Shown here: in pieces, positions 8,573 through 16,725 of the stretch
Position numbering within the stretch: position 1 is the first letter of the stretch
Layout of the letters: each line of letters begins with the position of its first letter
Origin: an uncultured Candidatus Saccharibacteria bacterium
GTDB lineage: Bacteria; Patescibacteriota; Minisyncoccia; Phycocordibacterales; CAIZLB01
NCBI GenBank assembly: GCA_964610005.1
Contig: CAZSTO010000001.1
Span: 1-33,440, forward strand
Direction of reading: 5' to 3'
Length of the DNA stretch: 33,440 nucleotides
Translations under genes and position numbers: made by a program
The notes under the pieces: model-generated
Database searches by the model: none
Seen by the model: the letters and a program-made list of their open reading frames with translations, nothing else
Told to the model about the DNA's origin: nothing

Positions 8573-9658
8573 TATAAATATTATACCTAAGATATAGGGT
8601 ATAATTCTAGCTGATCTTATTATTAAAAGTGCAGAGTTGTCTCTAGATGTTACATGTTTATAAAACATACTATCCATAGATATTTCCACTAAACTTAAAC
8701 CTATATTAGCAACAAATAAGAAAACTATAAATAATAAGAAAGATATATTTGGGTCATACTCTGGACTTATTAACGCTAAGAATATAGTAAATACAATAGC
8801 TGTTATTGCACCCAAATGCATGATGGATTTTTCATTATGTTTTTTATCTTCAATGTTTCCGAAAGGTATTTGTATTAATATAAATGGAGCAACCATAACT
8901 GATAATATTAATCCTATTTTATCCCAATCGAAGTTGAAAACACTGTGTAGGTATATGGGTAGTATTACTCCTATTGCTCCATAATAAGCTGATAAAGATA
9001 ATCGTATTAAGAATGAGTTTCTGTCCAGCTTATCTTGGAAAAACTTTTTAAGAGCATCGAGAACATGAACAGGGGGTATATCATTCACTTGAGGTGTTTT
9101 TATATATGTGTGTATAAGAAAGAAAAAAGGTATCAATAATATAGCTGAGATTATATAGACTATATTTAAATTATCCATAGTCAATGTACTCATCACTATA
9201 GGTACAACTATAAAAGGTGTATTCCATACGGTTAAATAAATACCACGACTCTTACCTCTATCTTTTATATTAGTATATGCTTCGAATAATACATCTAGAT
9301 TGAATAATATGTATGGGGTTATTAAGTTATGTATTGTAAATAAAACTATAAAGGCGTATATATTTGTATAAGCACTGAAATAAAACATAGATACCAATAT
9401 CAATATTTCAATAGCTGTAGCAATATATATATTCCTCTTGGTTTTATCTATCCAGCCTTCTCTGAGCATCAATAGATATACAGATAATCCAAATAAAGAA
9501 GCTATACCATAGATAACTAAAACTTCACTGGTTTTAAAGTTGAAATGATATCTAAGTATAGATGAATTTGTTAGATAAACAAATACATAATGTAACGATA
9601 GGAAAAATATCGACATGTATAAAGCCGTATTTACTCTTATCGATAAATATTTCTCCAT
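8558..9658 (-). CDS. Polytopic membrane protein, MFS-transporter-like
   Basis: 366 aa with about 10-11 hydrophobic helices. Family assigned by topology only. It ends at TAG and overlaps the convergent CAP gene by 15 nt. Confidence 0.45.
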   Translation of the reverse strand: MEKYLSIRVNTALYMSIFFLSLHYVFVYLTNSSILRYHFNFKTSEVLVIYGIASLFGLSVYLLMLREGWIDKTKRNIYIATAIEILILVSMFYFSAYTNIYAFIVLFTIHNLITPYILFNLDVLFEAYTNIKDRGKSRGIYLTVWNTPFIVVPIVMSTLTMDNLNIVYIISAILLIPFFFLIHTYIKTPQVNDIPPVHVLDALKKFFQDKLDRNSFLIRLSLSAYYGAIGVILPIYLHSVFNFDWDKIGLILSVMVAPFILIQIPFGNIEDKKHNEKSIMHLGAITAIVFTIFLALISPEYDPNISFLLFIVFLFVANIGLSLVEISMDSMFYKHVTSRDNSALLIIRSARIIPYILGIIFILISF

Positions 9659-10452
9659 TAGTTTTTAGGATTTATAAAATTTTGTTCTATAACTTGTCTT
9701 AATATTTCATAAGGTATAGCACCTACACCTTGTCCTTGATTATCAAGTAACGGTATAAATTCTTTTTCAAATTTTATAACAGTGTAAGGTGTACCTTTAG
9801 CACCTGCTTTAAGTGAAGCCTCGTATTCTTCTTTTATTTTTGCGGCATATTTTCCACTATCTAAACATGTTTGAAATTTAGTTTTGTCTAATCCAACTTT
9901 TGCAGCTATTTCAGGTAGCTTTGATGGCTCCAATCCATCATTTGATGGAGTAACTGCATATAGTTCATCTAGGTATTTCCAGAACATATCTGATCCTCCT
10001 AATTCTGCTGCACATTCTGTTGCCTCAGCTTCTTTTGCAGCTTTTTTATGTAGAGGGTTTTCTCCATATGATATAGGGAAATGTCTATAAACCCAGGCCA
10101 CATCATTATTTTTACCATATTCATCAAATATCTTTTTTAATGTTACATGATATTGTTTACAGAAAGGACACTCTGTGTCTGAGTATTCTATTAGGACAAC
10201 TTTGGCATTTTTATTTCCTCTTATATGATCAGTATCTCTTATGTCTTCTACTTCTATTTTAGGTTCAGTCTTACTGAATAGATCTTTATTTTTTGTTGAT
10301 TTTGCAGGTTCACGGAAATATAATGCTGATGCTATTAATATACCAACAACTATTATAGATATAGGTGTTAAGTAATTTGCAATATTGTTCTTCTTTTTTA
10401 TAACTACTTGCTCTGTTGAATTAGCGTGAGTTGTATTTGTTGTATTTTCCAT
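9658..10452 (-). CDS. DsbA-family thiol:disulfide oxidoreductase, membrane anchored
   Basis: CxxC active site in the context YSDTECPFCKQYH, with an N-terminal TM anchor. Confidence 0.8.
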   Translation of the reverse strand: MENTTNTTHANSTEQVVIKKKNNIANYLTPISIIVVGILIASALYFREPAKSTKNKDLFSKTEPKIEVEDIRDTDHIRGNKNAKVVLIEYSDTECPFCKQYHVTLKKIFDEYGKNNDVAWVYRHFPISYGENPLHKKAAKEAEATECAAELGGSDMFWKYLDELYAVTPSNDGLEPSKLPEIAAKVGLDKTKFQTCLDSGKYAAKIKEEYEASLKAGAKGTPYTVIKFEKEFIPLLDNQGQGVGAIPYEILRQVIEQNFINPKN

Positions 10453-10458
10453 ATATGA

Positions 10459-10467
10459 ATTATATCA
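10459..10467 (-). promoter_or_regulatory. Extended -10 box 6 nt before the DsbA-like ATG
   Basis: On the minus strand: TG-a-TATAAT, then tcatat, then ATG (10452). Confidence 0.5.
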
Positions 10468-10472
10468 AAAAT

Positions 10473-10530
10473 AAAACATTTTAAAAATAAGATTGTTCAA
10501 GTGCAGAACAACTGATTTTTAAAATGTTTT
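10473..10530. terminator. Long perfect palindrome / bidirectional terminator
   Basis: 16-bp perfect arms aaaacattttaaaaat (10473-10488) / atttttaaaatgtttt (10515-10530) with an inner ttgttc/gaacaa stem. T-runs lie on both sides. It is downstream of the exonuclease-like gene. Confidence 0.65.
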
Positions 10531-10547
10531 AAAAAGTCACAGGGTTA

Positions 10548-11129
10548 TTAAAATGGCAATGAGTAAGTTAACATACCTTCACTTTCACCACTTTTTTCCC
10601 AATCTTTTGATTCTATTGGTATAACTCTCTTTTCATTTCCATCACTGTAGAATAATTGTCTCTCTTTGAAAGCGTATTCATAAACATCTTTAGTTACCTT
10701 AACATCGGCTTTACAGTATTCTATTATTTTATCCACCTCTCCGTTTTTCCACCAAGTTATGGCCTCTAAACCATTACCAGTTTTACCTATACCAAGAGTG
10801 GCTTGTGCTATGTTGTCCAGTCCTACACGTCTACCTATAACTTTTTGTACTTCTTTCATCAAGTCCACATGTCTAAATTTAGTTAAATCACCGTTATAAT
10901 ATTTGTTTAATATAGGAAGATCAAAATGATCACCATTAAAAGTTACTATAATATCAGTTGATTCTAGTCTGGGCCATAGAGTAGGGAGTGTCTCTATATT
11001 GAAACTCTCATATTCATTGGTTTTTGTATCATATATACACATTATAGATAAATCTAAGTCTTTTGGATCATTACTGCCAACCATTTGAAAAGTATTTTGA
11101 GTTTCTATATCTAGGTATATTTTATGCAT
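10548..11129 (-). CDS. RNase H-like / DEDD-type 3'-5' exonuclease domain protein
   Basis: YLDIETQ (Exo I-like), FNGDHFDLPIL (Exo II-like) and YCKADV (Exo III-like). Confidence 0.6.
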   Translation of the reverse strand: MHKIYLDIETQNTFQMVGSNDPKDLDLSIMCIYDTKTNEYESFNIETLPTLWPRLESTDIIVTFNGDHFDLPILNKYYNGDLTKFRHVDLMKEVQKVIGRRVGLDNIAQATLGIGKTGNGLEAITWWKNGEVDKIIEYCKADVKVTKDVYEYAFKERQLFYSDGNEKRVIPIESKDWEKSGESEGMLTYSLPF

Positions 11130-11134
11130 GGGTA

Positions 11135-13027
11135 TTATTTTACCTCACTTTCATATAATTCTCTATATATACCGCAGGTTTTCATCAAGTCTTTGTGTGA
11201 ACCATCTCCTACAATACGACCTTCTTCAAAAACTAATATTCTATCTGCAAAATCAACAATATCCAGCATACTATGGGATATGAGTATTATTGTTCTATCT
11301 TTAGAAACATCTTTTAGGTTTTTAAATATTTTTTTACTTGATATTGCATCTATAGATGCTGTTGGTTCATCAAGTACTATCACAGGCGAATCTTTGTATA
11401 TAGCTCTAGCTAATGCCATTTTCTGATATTGTCCTTTTGATGGTTTTACGCCTTTCATGTACACGCCAGTTTGTTGTGTGTATTGATCTGGCCATTTTTC
11501 TATAAATTCATCTGCAGTTGCGATCTGTGCGGCATATTTTACTTTATCCATGTCTATTTCTCCTTTCTCTGATAATGCTATGTATTGATTAACCTTAAGA
11601 GGGGATTGAGCGTAGTCTTGATATAATACTGAGAAGTTACTCATTATATTTTCTTGAGATAAGTCTTTCAGATTATTTCCAAATAGTATTATGTCGCCTG
11701 ATTGAGGTTGATAAATGTTTAATAATAATTGTATAAATGTTGTTTTGCCATTACCGTTTTTTCCTACGACAGCTATCTTTTCACCTTTATGTATTTTTAG
11801 ATTATCTATATGTAAATTAAAATTATTTAATTCTTTTTCTTCTGTTTTTACCTCTGGTTTATTTAAACCAAAATATTTTGTGGCAATAGTATCTACTTCT
11901 TCATTTAATTTATGTAATGATTCAAGTCTAATGTTTTCATATTTGAAATCTATGTTATTAAATTCGATAATATCATTTTCATTTACAAAATCTTTACCAG
12001 TCAATCTATCTTTATTTTCAGCTGTTTCTGATTGTAAGAATAAATATTTCGCTGCTACTGTATTCTCATATTGATCGGGGAGAAAGGTTGAGAGTCTGTT
12101 TACCTGTGTTTCAAGTCTAGAAATCTGTAACATTATAAGAGTGGCTGTACCTATAAGTATATTTCCGGCAACTACGTCTTTGATTACAAAAAACTGTATA
12201 ACGAATATTATAGACATAGTTAAAAGTGAAGTTAAAAATCCAATATTCATATAATGACTATGTATTTTTGTTCTCTGGTCTAATAATTCACCTTGACCAT
12301 CTTTATATATTTTCAGAAATCTATCAGAATTATTTGAACTTTTCACATCTTTTAATCCTTGATAATGTTGAAATAATCCAGAGAATATACCAAAATATTT
12401 ATTCCGTTCAAGGGTACTTTCAAAATTCCTTCTTACTGCAAAAACTCTAACGAATAAGAAATAAAATCCTGGTAGAGTTGATAGAAGTATAAGCGTAGAA
12501 AATATCCAATTATATGAATAGGCTATATATATAGCGAATGCTAAGTTTATGATTATTGTTAAGAATTCTGGTATACTTCTTGTTAGATTTGACTGGGCAT
12601 AACGTCCATTACCTGCGGCACCAAACTCTACTCTTTGTCTCAATTCTTCATAATCACTTGAATCTATAATAGGAATATTAAATTTACTTTTATCGGCTAA
12701 TTGATTTACGTATATCAAATTGTTTAACTTACTGTTCCAAACTAAACCTAGTTTTTGACTTAAAAATGAAAATAATTCTTCTAATAATGTAAATATAACC
12801 AAAAATACAAATACAGGTAAGACATATTGCATGATACCTGTTCCAAAATCTTTCTGTATTGCGTTAGTTAGTCTGGAGTTTATTATGTTTATAATGTTGG
12901 ATAATACGGGGAATATTATGAGTATACTTAATCTGAAAAAAGTCCCTTTTTTATCTAAAGAATATACATATTTTAGGCTTTTAAAAGCCATTTTAATATA
13001 CTCTTTAATTATATAGATGAATTTCAT
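11135..13027 (-). CDS. ABC transporter, fused permease/ATP-binding (exporter type)
   Basis: N-terminal six-helix TMD, Walker A GKNGNGKTT, degenerate signature SKGQYQKMALARA and Walker B VIVLDEPTASID. Confidence 0.85.
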   Translation of the reverse strand: MKFIYIIKEYIKMAFKSLKYVYSLDKKGTFFRLSILIIFPVLSNIINIINSRLTNAIQKDFGTGIMQYVLPVFVFLVIFTLLEELFSFLSQKLGLVWNSKLNNLIYVNQLADKSKFNIPIIDSSDYEELRQRVEFGAAGNGRYAQSNLTRSIPEFLTIIINLAFAIYIAYSYNWIFSTLILLSTLPGFYFLFVRVFAVRRNFESTLERNKYFGIFSGLFQHYQGLKDVKSSNNSDRFLKIYKDGQGELLDQRTKIHSHYMNIGFLTSLLTMSIIFVIQFFVIKDVVAGNILIGTATLIMLQISRLETQVNRLSTFLPDQYENTVAAKYLFLQSETAENKDRLTGKDFVNENDIIEFNNIDFKYENIRLESLHKLNEEVDTIATKYFGLNKPEVKTEEKELNNFNLHIDNLKIHKGEKIAVVGKNGNGKTTFIQLLLNIYQPQSGDIILFGNNLKDLSQENIMSNFSVLYQDYAQSPLKVNQYIALSEKGEIDMDKVKYAAQIATADEFIEKWPDQYTQQTGVYMKGVKPSKGQYQKMALARAIYKDSPVIVLDEPTASIDAISSKKIFKNLKDVSKDRTIILISHSMLDIVDFADRILVFEEGRIVGDGSHKDLMKTCGIYRELYESEVK

Positions 13028-13115
13028 ATATTTTTATATTTTATATTAATTAATAATAAAAACCATCTGTACTATCTTAAGTATGGAACGTATATAAAAG
13101 CTTTTTATTACAATT

Positions 13116-13152
13116 AAAAAGACCCCGGGCTCCCTGGAAGGGAACCCGAGGC
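13116..13152 (-). terminator. GC-rich intrinsic terminator of the PEP-CTERM gene
   Basis: Minus strand cctcgggttccc-ttcca-gggagcccgggg (12 bp including 2 G-U pairs) followed by tcttttt. Confidence 0.7.
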
Positions 13153-13171
13153 TTTCGGGTGTCGGCAGTCA

Positions 13172-13708
13172 TCAGTCCCTGCGTCGGCGCAGGAGAGTGA
13201 GTAGGCCGAGAGGTGTGATGAGGGCAACGGTCGGTTCGGGAATGGCGGTCGAGTTATACTGGACGTAGAACGATGTCTCTTTGCCGATATTATCGACGAT
13301 CTTCCCAGATGCCGAGAACTTGTCCGGGATGACGTCGATCACGGCTTGATGCACCGTGAATTCCCAGTATGACGTGCTCGCAAATGAATCCCGATACGGT
13401 GAGTTCAGCAGGATCTGCAGGTAGCCACCCAATGCGTCTGTCGAACGATACGTTTGTCCGACGACCCAGGGATTTCCGACGTTTGCGGTTCTGAGGAAGA
13501 CAGAGCCTCCGGCAGGACCGCTGAAGGTGAACCCGATGTTGTTGTTGGTCAATCCCGATGTTTCCACAGTGACTGGACCGGTGATGCTGTAGGTGTTACC
13601 CCCGGACGTATAGCCCGGGCCGGCAAACCACAGAATTGTGGCAGATTTGGCTGTCATTGAGACTGCCATGAAAATCGCGACAACGATTCGAACGAGGTGC
13701 TCTTTCAT
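13172..13708 (-). CDS. Secreted PEP-CTERM sorting-domain protein
   Basis: Signal peptide VVAIFMAVSMTAKS. C-terminus is IPEPTVALITPLGLLTLLRRRRD, that is PEP, a TM helix and an Arg cluster. Ends at TGA. One counted line (13201-13260) has 35 of 60 G+C. Confidence 0.8.
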   Translation of the reverse strand: MKEHLVRIVVAIFMAVSMTAKSATILWFAGPGYTSGGNTYSITGPVTVETSGLTNNNIGFTFSGPAGGSVFLRTANVGNPWVVGQTYRSTDALGGYLQILLNSPYRDSFASTSYWEFTVHQAVIDVIPDKFSASGKIVDNIGKETSFYVQYNSTAIPEPTVALITPLGLLTLLRRRRD

Positions 13709-13765
13709 TTTGATATGCTGGTTGGTTGTAGAGTTCGCTGGGTGAACAGCTCACTCAGTGTTTTT

Positions 13766-13794
13766 ATATTACCACTTGGTTATAAGTATGTCAA
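13766..13794 (-). promoter_or_regulatory. Near-consensus sigma70-type promoter of the PEP-CTERM gene
   Basis: On the minus strand: TTGACA (13794-13789), 17 nt, TAATAT (13771-13766). This gives a leader of about 50 nt ending in a CA-rich, G-poor tract before the ATG. Confidence 0.5.
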
Positions 13795-13877
13795 ATTGTG
13801 GGAATATTAATATCTCAACACCAAAATCAATAAAAGCCAAGATTTCCCACAGGCAGAAAAATATTAAAATTAATAAT

Positions 13878-15521
13878 ATGAAATCAAAATTTATTTTCGT
13901 GATAGGTGGAGTTATGTCTGGAGTAGGAAAAGGAGTGGCGACATCATCACTTGGGCTTATTTTAAAAACCAAAGGTTACAAAGTTAATCTAGTAAAAGCT
14001 GACCCCTATTTAAATGTCGATGCAGGCACCATGAACCCAACGGAACATGGTGAAGTTTTTGTTATGAAAAACGGTTTAGAGACAGATCAAGATATGGGAA
14101 ATTATGAAAGATTTTTGCATCAAGATATTTCTCAAATAAATTATATGACTTCAGGCATGGTATATAAAACAGTTATAGATAAAGAAAGAGCTCTTGGCTA
14201 TGGAGGAAAATGTGTTGAGGCTATACCACATGTAAGAGATGAGATTATCAATAGATATAAAACTGCAGCAAAAGATGCTGACATAACTATAGTTGAGATT
14301 GGTGGAACTATTGGAGATTTTCAAAATGCCATGTTTATGGAAGCAGCCAAAACAATGAAATTAAAAAACCCCAAAGATGTAATGGTTATAGTTGTATCAT
14401 ATATGCCAACACCTGGAACTTTGGGAGAGATGAAATCAAAGCCTACACAAAGTGCCATCAGAGAATTGAATGGTTATGGATTACATCCTGATTTTATTAT
14501 TGCTAGAGCTTCAGCTCCGCTTGATGATAAAAGAAAAGAAAAGTTGGCTGTATCATGTAATGTATTAAAAGAAAATGTTATATCAGCACCAGATATAAAA
14601 AGTATATATGATGTACCACTTAATTTTAGTAAAGACAAAATAGGTGAGGCGGTACTTAAGGCATTATCCTTAAAAAATAAAAAAAATAATAAAGAATCAC
14701 AGAAACTTTGGTCTGATTGGAATAATTTTGTAAAAAATATTCATCTTAAAAAGAATAAAAATTTTCGTGTTGCCATGATTGGTAAATATTTTGATACTGG
14801 TGATTTTACACTTATGGATTCATATCTTTCTGTGATGGAAGCTTTGAAATTTGCTGCTGCTAAAGCCAAAGTCGGGGTAGAAATAGAGTGGGTTGATTCT
14901 AAAAACATAGAGAAAAATGGAGCGGTGCTTAAAGACGTATTTAAAAGATGTCATGGTCTTATAGTACCAGGAGGGTTTGGAACTACAGGTGTAGATGGAA
15001 TATTAAAATCTATTGAATATGTTCGTAAAAATAAAATACCTTATCTTGGTATATGTTATGGTATGCAACTTGCGGTTATAGAATACGCAACAAATGTTTT
15101 AGGTCTTAAAGGTGCTAATACTACTGAGATAGATAAAAATGCAAAACATAAAATTATAGATATAATGGAAAGTCAAAAAGAAAATCTAGCAAAACAAATG
15201 ATGGGTGGATCCATGAGACTTGGTTCATATAAATGTAAGTTAACAAAGGGAAGTGTAGTTCATGGTTTATACAATAAAGATGAAGTGGTTGAGAGACATA
15301 GACATAGATATGAAGTTAATAATGAATATGTAGAAGAGTTAGAGAAAAAAGGTTTGAAGTTTTCAGGAAAATCATTAGATGGAAAATTGATGGAGATGAT
15401 AGAGCTTGCAAAAGATAAACATCCCTATTTTGTGGCAACACAATCTCATCCAGAGTTTTTGTCGAGACCGACAACTTCACATCCTTTGTTTGATGGGTTG
15501 GTGAGAGCAATGATGAAATAA
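13878..15521 (+). CDS. pyrG: CTP synthase
   Basis: MKSKFIFVIGGVMSGVGKG synthetase N-terminus and the GICYGMQ glutamine amidotransferase motif. Start is taken at the internal ATG of ORF 13758..15521. Confidence 0.95.
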   Translation: MKSKFIFVIGGVMSGVGKGVATSSLGLILKTKGYKVNLVKADPYLNVDAGTMNPTEHGEVFVMKNGLETDQDMGNYERFLHQDISQINYMTSGMVYKTVIDKERALGYGGKCVEAIPHVRDEIINRYKTAAKDADITIVEIGGTIGDFQNAMFMEAAKTMKLKNPKDVMVIVVSYMPTPGTLGEMKSKPTQSAIRELNGYGLHPDFIIARASAPLDDKRKEKLAVSCNVLKENVISAPDIKSIYDVPLNFSKDKIGEAVLKALSLKNKKNNKESQKLWSDWNNFVKNIHLKKNKNFRVAMIGKYFDTGDFTLMDSYLSVMEALKFAAAKAKVGVEIEWVDSKNIEKNGAVLKDVFKRCHGLIVPGGFGTTGVDGILKSIEYVRKNKIPYLGICYGMQLAVIEYATNVLGLKGANTTEIDKNAKHKIIDIMESQKENLAKQMMGGSMRLGSYKCKLTKGSVVHGLYNKDEVVERHRHRYEVNNEYVEELEKKGLKFSGKSLDGKLMEMIELAKDKHPYFVATQSHPEFLSRPTTSHPLFDGLVRAMMK

Positions 15522-15555
15522 AAAATTACCGCCGCGAGCGCAAGGCTCGTGGCGG
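15521..15555. terminator. GC-rich hairpin terminator, copy 1 of an identical 27-nt element
   Basis: ccgccgcgagc-gcaag-gctcgtggcgg (15529-15555). On the minus strand it is followed by taattttt and serves cassette A; it may also end pyrG. It is identical to 16125-16151. Confidence 0.7.
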
Positions 15556-15579
15556 GTTTGGGTACGGCAGCTGGTTTCG

Positions 15580-16029
15580 TCAGACCTTCATCGTGAATTC
15601 GATTGGGCTAATCGTGAAAGAAGTTCCTTTTTCATTACGGTGAAATGTTGAGAAAGAGTGGTATAGGATACCAACTCGACGATCCTGGGTTTTTCCTGTC
15701 ACTGACCTGATGTAGGTGCAGAGACGAAGTGTTTCCAGGGAGCTAGTGGGGATGGTGGAAATCATCGCCTGAAGAGCCTTCGCAAAAAGGGTCTTCTCGT
15801 GAACTTCTTCCGGATCGTTTGGTTGCGAGCATCGATTGCTCAACAACTCCCTTGCAGAGTTGCAAATCGCCGCTTCTTCTTCGTCCGAAAAGGTAATCAG
15901 CATCTCTTCTCCGATTTTGCCGAAGTCGCGGTAAAAGATGATTGCACTCATCAACAAAACAGCGAAGCTGTCATTGATGGAGTCCATTGATTCTTGTTGT
16001 TTTAATTCCCCGTTGATATAGATATCCAT
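15580..16029 (-). CDS. Hypothetical protein, GC-rich cassette A (149 aa)
   Basis: Uninterrupted ORF ending in TGA, bracketed by a promoter/leader repeat and a terminator. Line 15781-15840 has 30 of 60 G+C. No family recognised. Confidence 0.6.
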   Translation of the reverse strand: MDIYINGELKQQESMDSINDSFAVLLMSAIIFYRDFGKIGEEMLITFSDEEEAAICNSARELLSNRCSQPNDPEEVHEKTLFAKALQAMISTIPTSSLETLRLCTYIRSVTGKTQDRRVGILYHSFSTFHRNEKGTSFTISPIEFTMKV

Positions 16030-16047
16030 GGTGGTTTTCTGGTTAGT

Positions 16048-16101
16048 GTTCGGACCCTCGTTTCTCTAAAGGGGTCTGTTAAGTTGAAGTATAATCATTT
16101 T
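16048..16101 (-). repeat. Leader/-10 repeat, copy A (about 54 nt)
   Basis: gttcggaccctcgtttctctaaaggggtctgttaagttgaagtataatcatttt. It differs from copy B (16632-16685) by one indel and two or three substitutions. It contains a gaccc/gggtc hairpin. Confidence 0.85.
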
Positions 16102-16115
16102 AAAGCTTTTGTAAA
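16088..16115 (-). promoter_or_regulatory. Possible promoter of cassette A
   Basis: On the minus strand: TTTACA (16115-16110), 16 nt, TATACT (16093-16088). The -10 lies inside the repeat. Confidence 0.45.
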
Positions 16116-16116
16116 T

Positions 16117-16151
16117 AAAAAACTCCGCCGCGAGCGCAAGGCTCGTGGCGG
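16117..16151 (-). terminator. GC-rich hairpin terminator, copy 2 (cassette B)
   Basis: The same 27-nt ccgccgcgagcgcaaggctcgtggcgg (16125-16151), followed on the minus strand by agtttttt. Confidence 0.75.
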
Positions 16152-16167
16152 GAGAGAGGGTGATGTC

Positions 16168-16611
16168 TCATGACGGCATGACGTATTCACCGTCAACGAT
16201 TTGTCCATCGTGTTCCTTGGGGTAATAATTGTAAGGCAATAGAATCTGAAACACCTCCGGACCAGTTTTGATGGCCGCTCCGTTTTCAAATCGGGTTTGC
16301 CGAACGACAGTAAGTTGAGGTTGAGGATCTGGATGTCTATCCATATATCCAGAACCATAATCCAGGGATTCGATGAATTTGGTGTTGACCTCTTCTGCGA
16401 TTAAATGCATCAGTCTAGGATCATCGCCGCAACCCAATTCAGCGGCAAGGGAGGATAGTTCATCGGGGGCAAGTTCGATGATAACCATCTCGCCTCTGTT
16501 TTCGTTATAAAGAGCAAGATGAATCCGGAGAATTTCCATAAGTTTTGTGCCTCCATAAACATTGAATGGGCAGACTTCAGCTCCTGGAAAGGCTTGTGTT
16601 GTTGATTTCAT
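16168..16611 (-). CDS. Hypothetical protein, GC-rich cassette B (147 aa)
   Basis: ORF ending in TGA. Start is taken at MKSTTQ (ATG 16611) because the upstream codons of ORF 16168..16683 lie in the duplicated leader. No family recognised. Confidence 0.6.
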   Translation of the reverse strand: MKSTTQAFPGAEVCPFNVYGGTKLMEILRIHLALYNENRGEMVIIELAPDELSSLAAELGCGDDPRLMHLIAEEVNTKFIESLDYGSGYMDRHPDPQPQLTVVRQTRFENGAAIKTGPEVFQILLPYNYYPKEHDGQIVDGEYVMPS

Positions 16612-16631
16612 GACGTAGTGTTTGGTGTTAA

Positions 16632-16685
16632 GTTCTGGACCCTCGTTTCTTTTAAGGGGTCTGTTAAGTTGAAGTATAATCATTT
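16632..16685 (-). repeat. Leader/-10 repeat, copy B
   Basis: gttctggaccctcgtttcttttaaggggtctgttaagttgaagtataatcattt, near-identical to 16048-16101. Confidence 0.85.
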
Positions 16686-16700
16686 CACTCGATAAATCAA
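16673..16700 (-). promoter_or_regulatory. Possible promoter of cassette B
   Basis: On the minus strand: TTGATT (16700-16695), 16 nt, TATACT (16678-16673). Confidence 0.45.
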
Positions 16701-16709
16701 CATCCTATA

Positions 16710-16718
16710 TGTTATTAT
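16710..16718 (+). promoter_or_regulatory. Extended -10 box 7 nt before ATG 16726
   Basis: TG-t-TATTAT, then aaagaac, then ATG. Confidence 0.45.
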
Positions 16719-16725
16719 AAAGAAC

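Noticed and set aside
13797-13851. Inverted repeat tgtgggaa ... ttcccaca upstream of pyrG as an operator or attenuator
   Set aside because: It is only 8 bp with a 39-nt spacer and overlaps the divergent PEP-CTERM promoter region. The evidence is too weak to call a regulatory site.
13758-13877. N-terminal extensions of tracked ORFs (pyrG from 13758, cassette B from 16683, hisS from 19759)
   Set aside because: The extensions cover AT-rich intergenic DNA or the duplicated non-coding leader. Conserved N-termini (MKSKFIFVIGG, MQKLKTENYKGTRDF) and the -10 boxes support the internal ATGs.
15529-16151. CRISPR-like repeat (identical 27-nt palindromic element seen twice)
   Set aside because: There are only two copies about 570 nt apart, with a full ORF between them. 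Each copy is followed by a U-tract, so they are terminators. No cas genes are present.
16048-16685. Integron gene cassettes: GTTAAGT in the repeat matches the GTTRRRY core site
   Set aside because: The flanking core-like copies are direct, not inverted. No intI integrase or attI is present. The GC hairpins carry U-tracts and sit where ordinary intrinsic terminators would.
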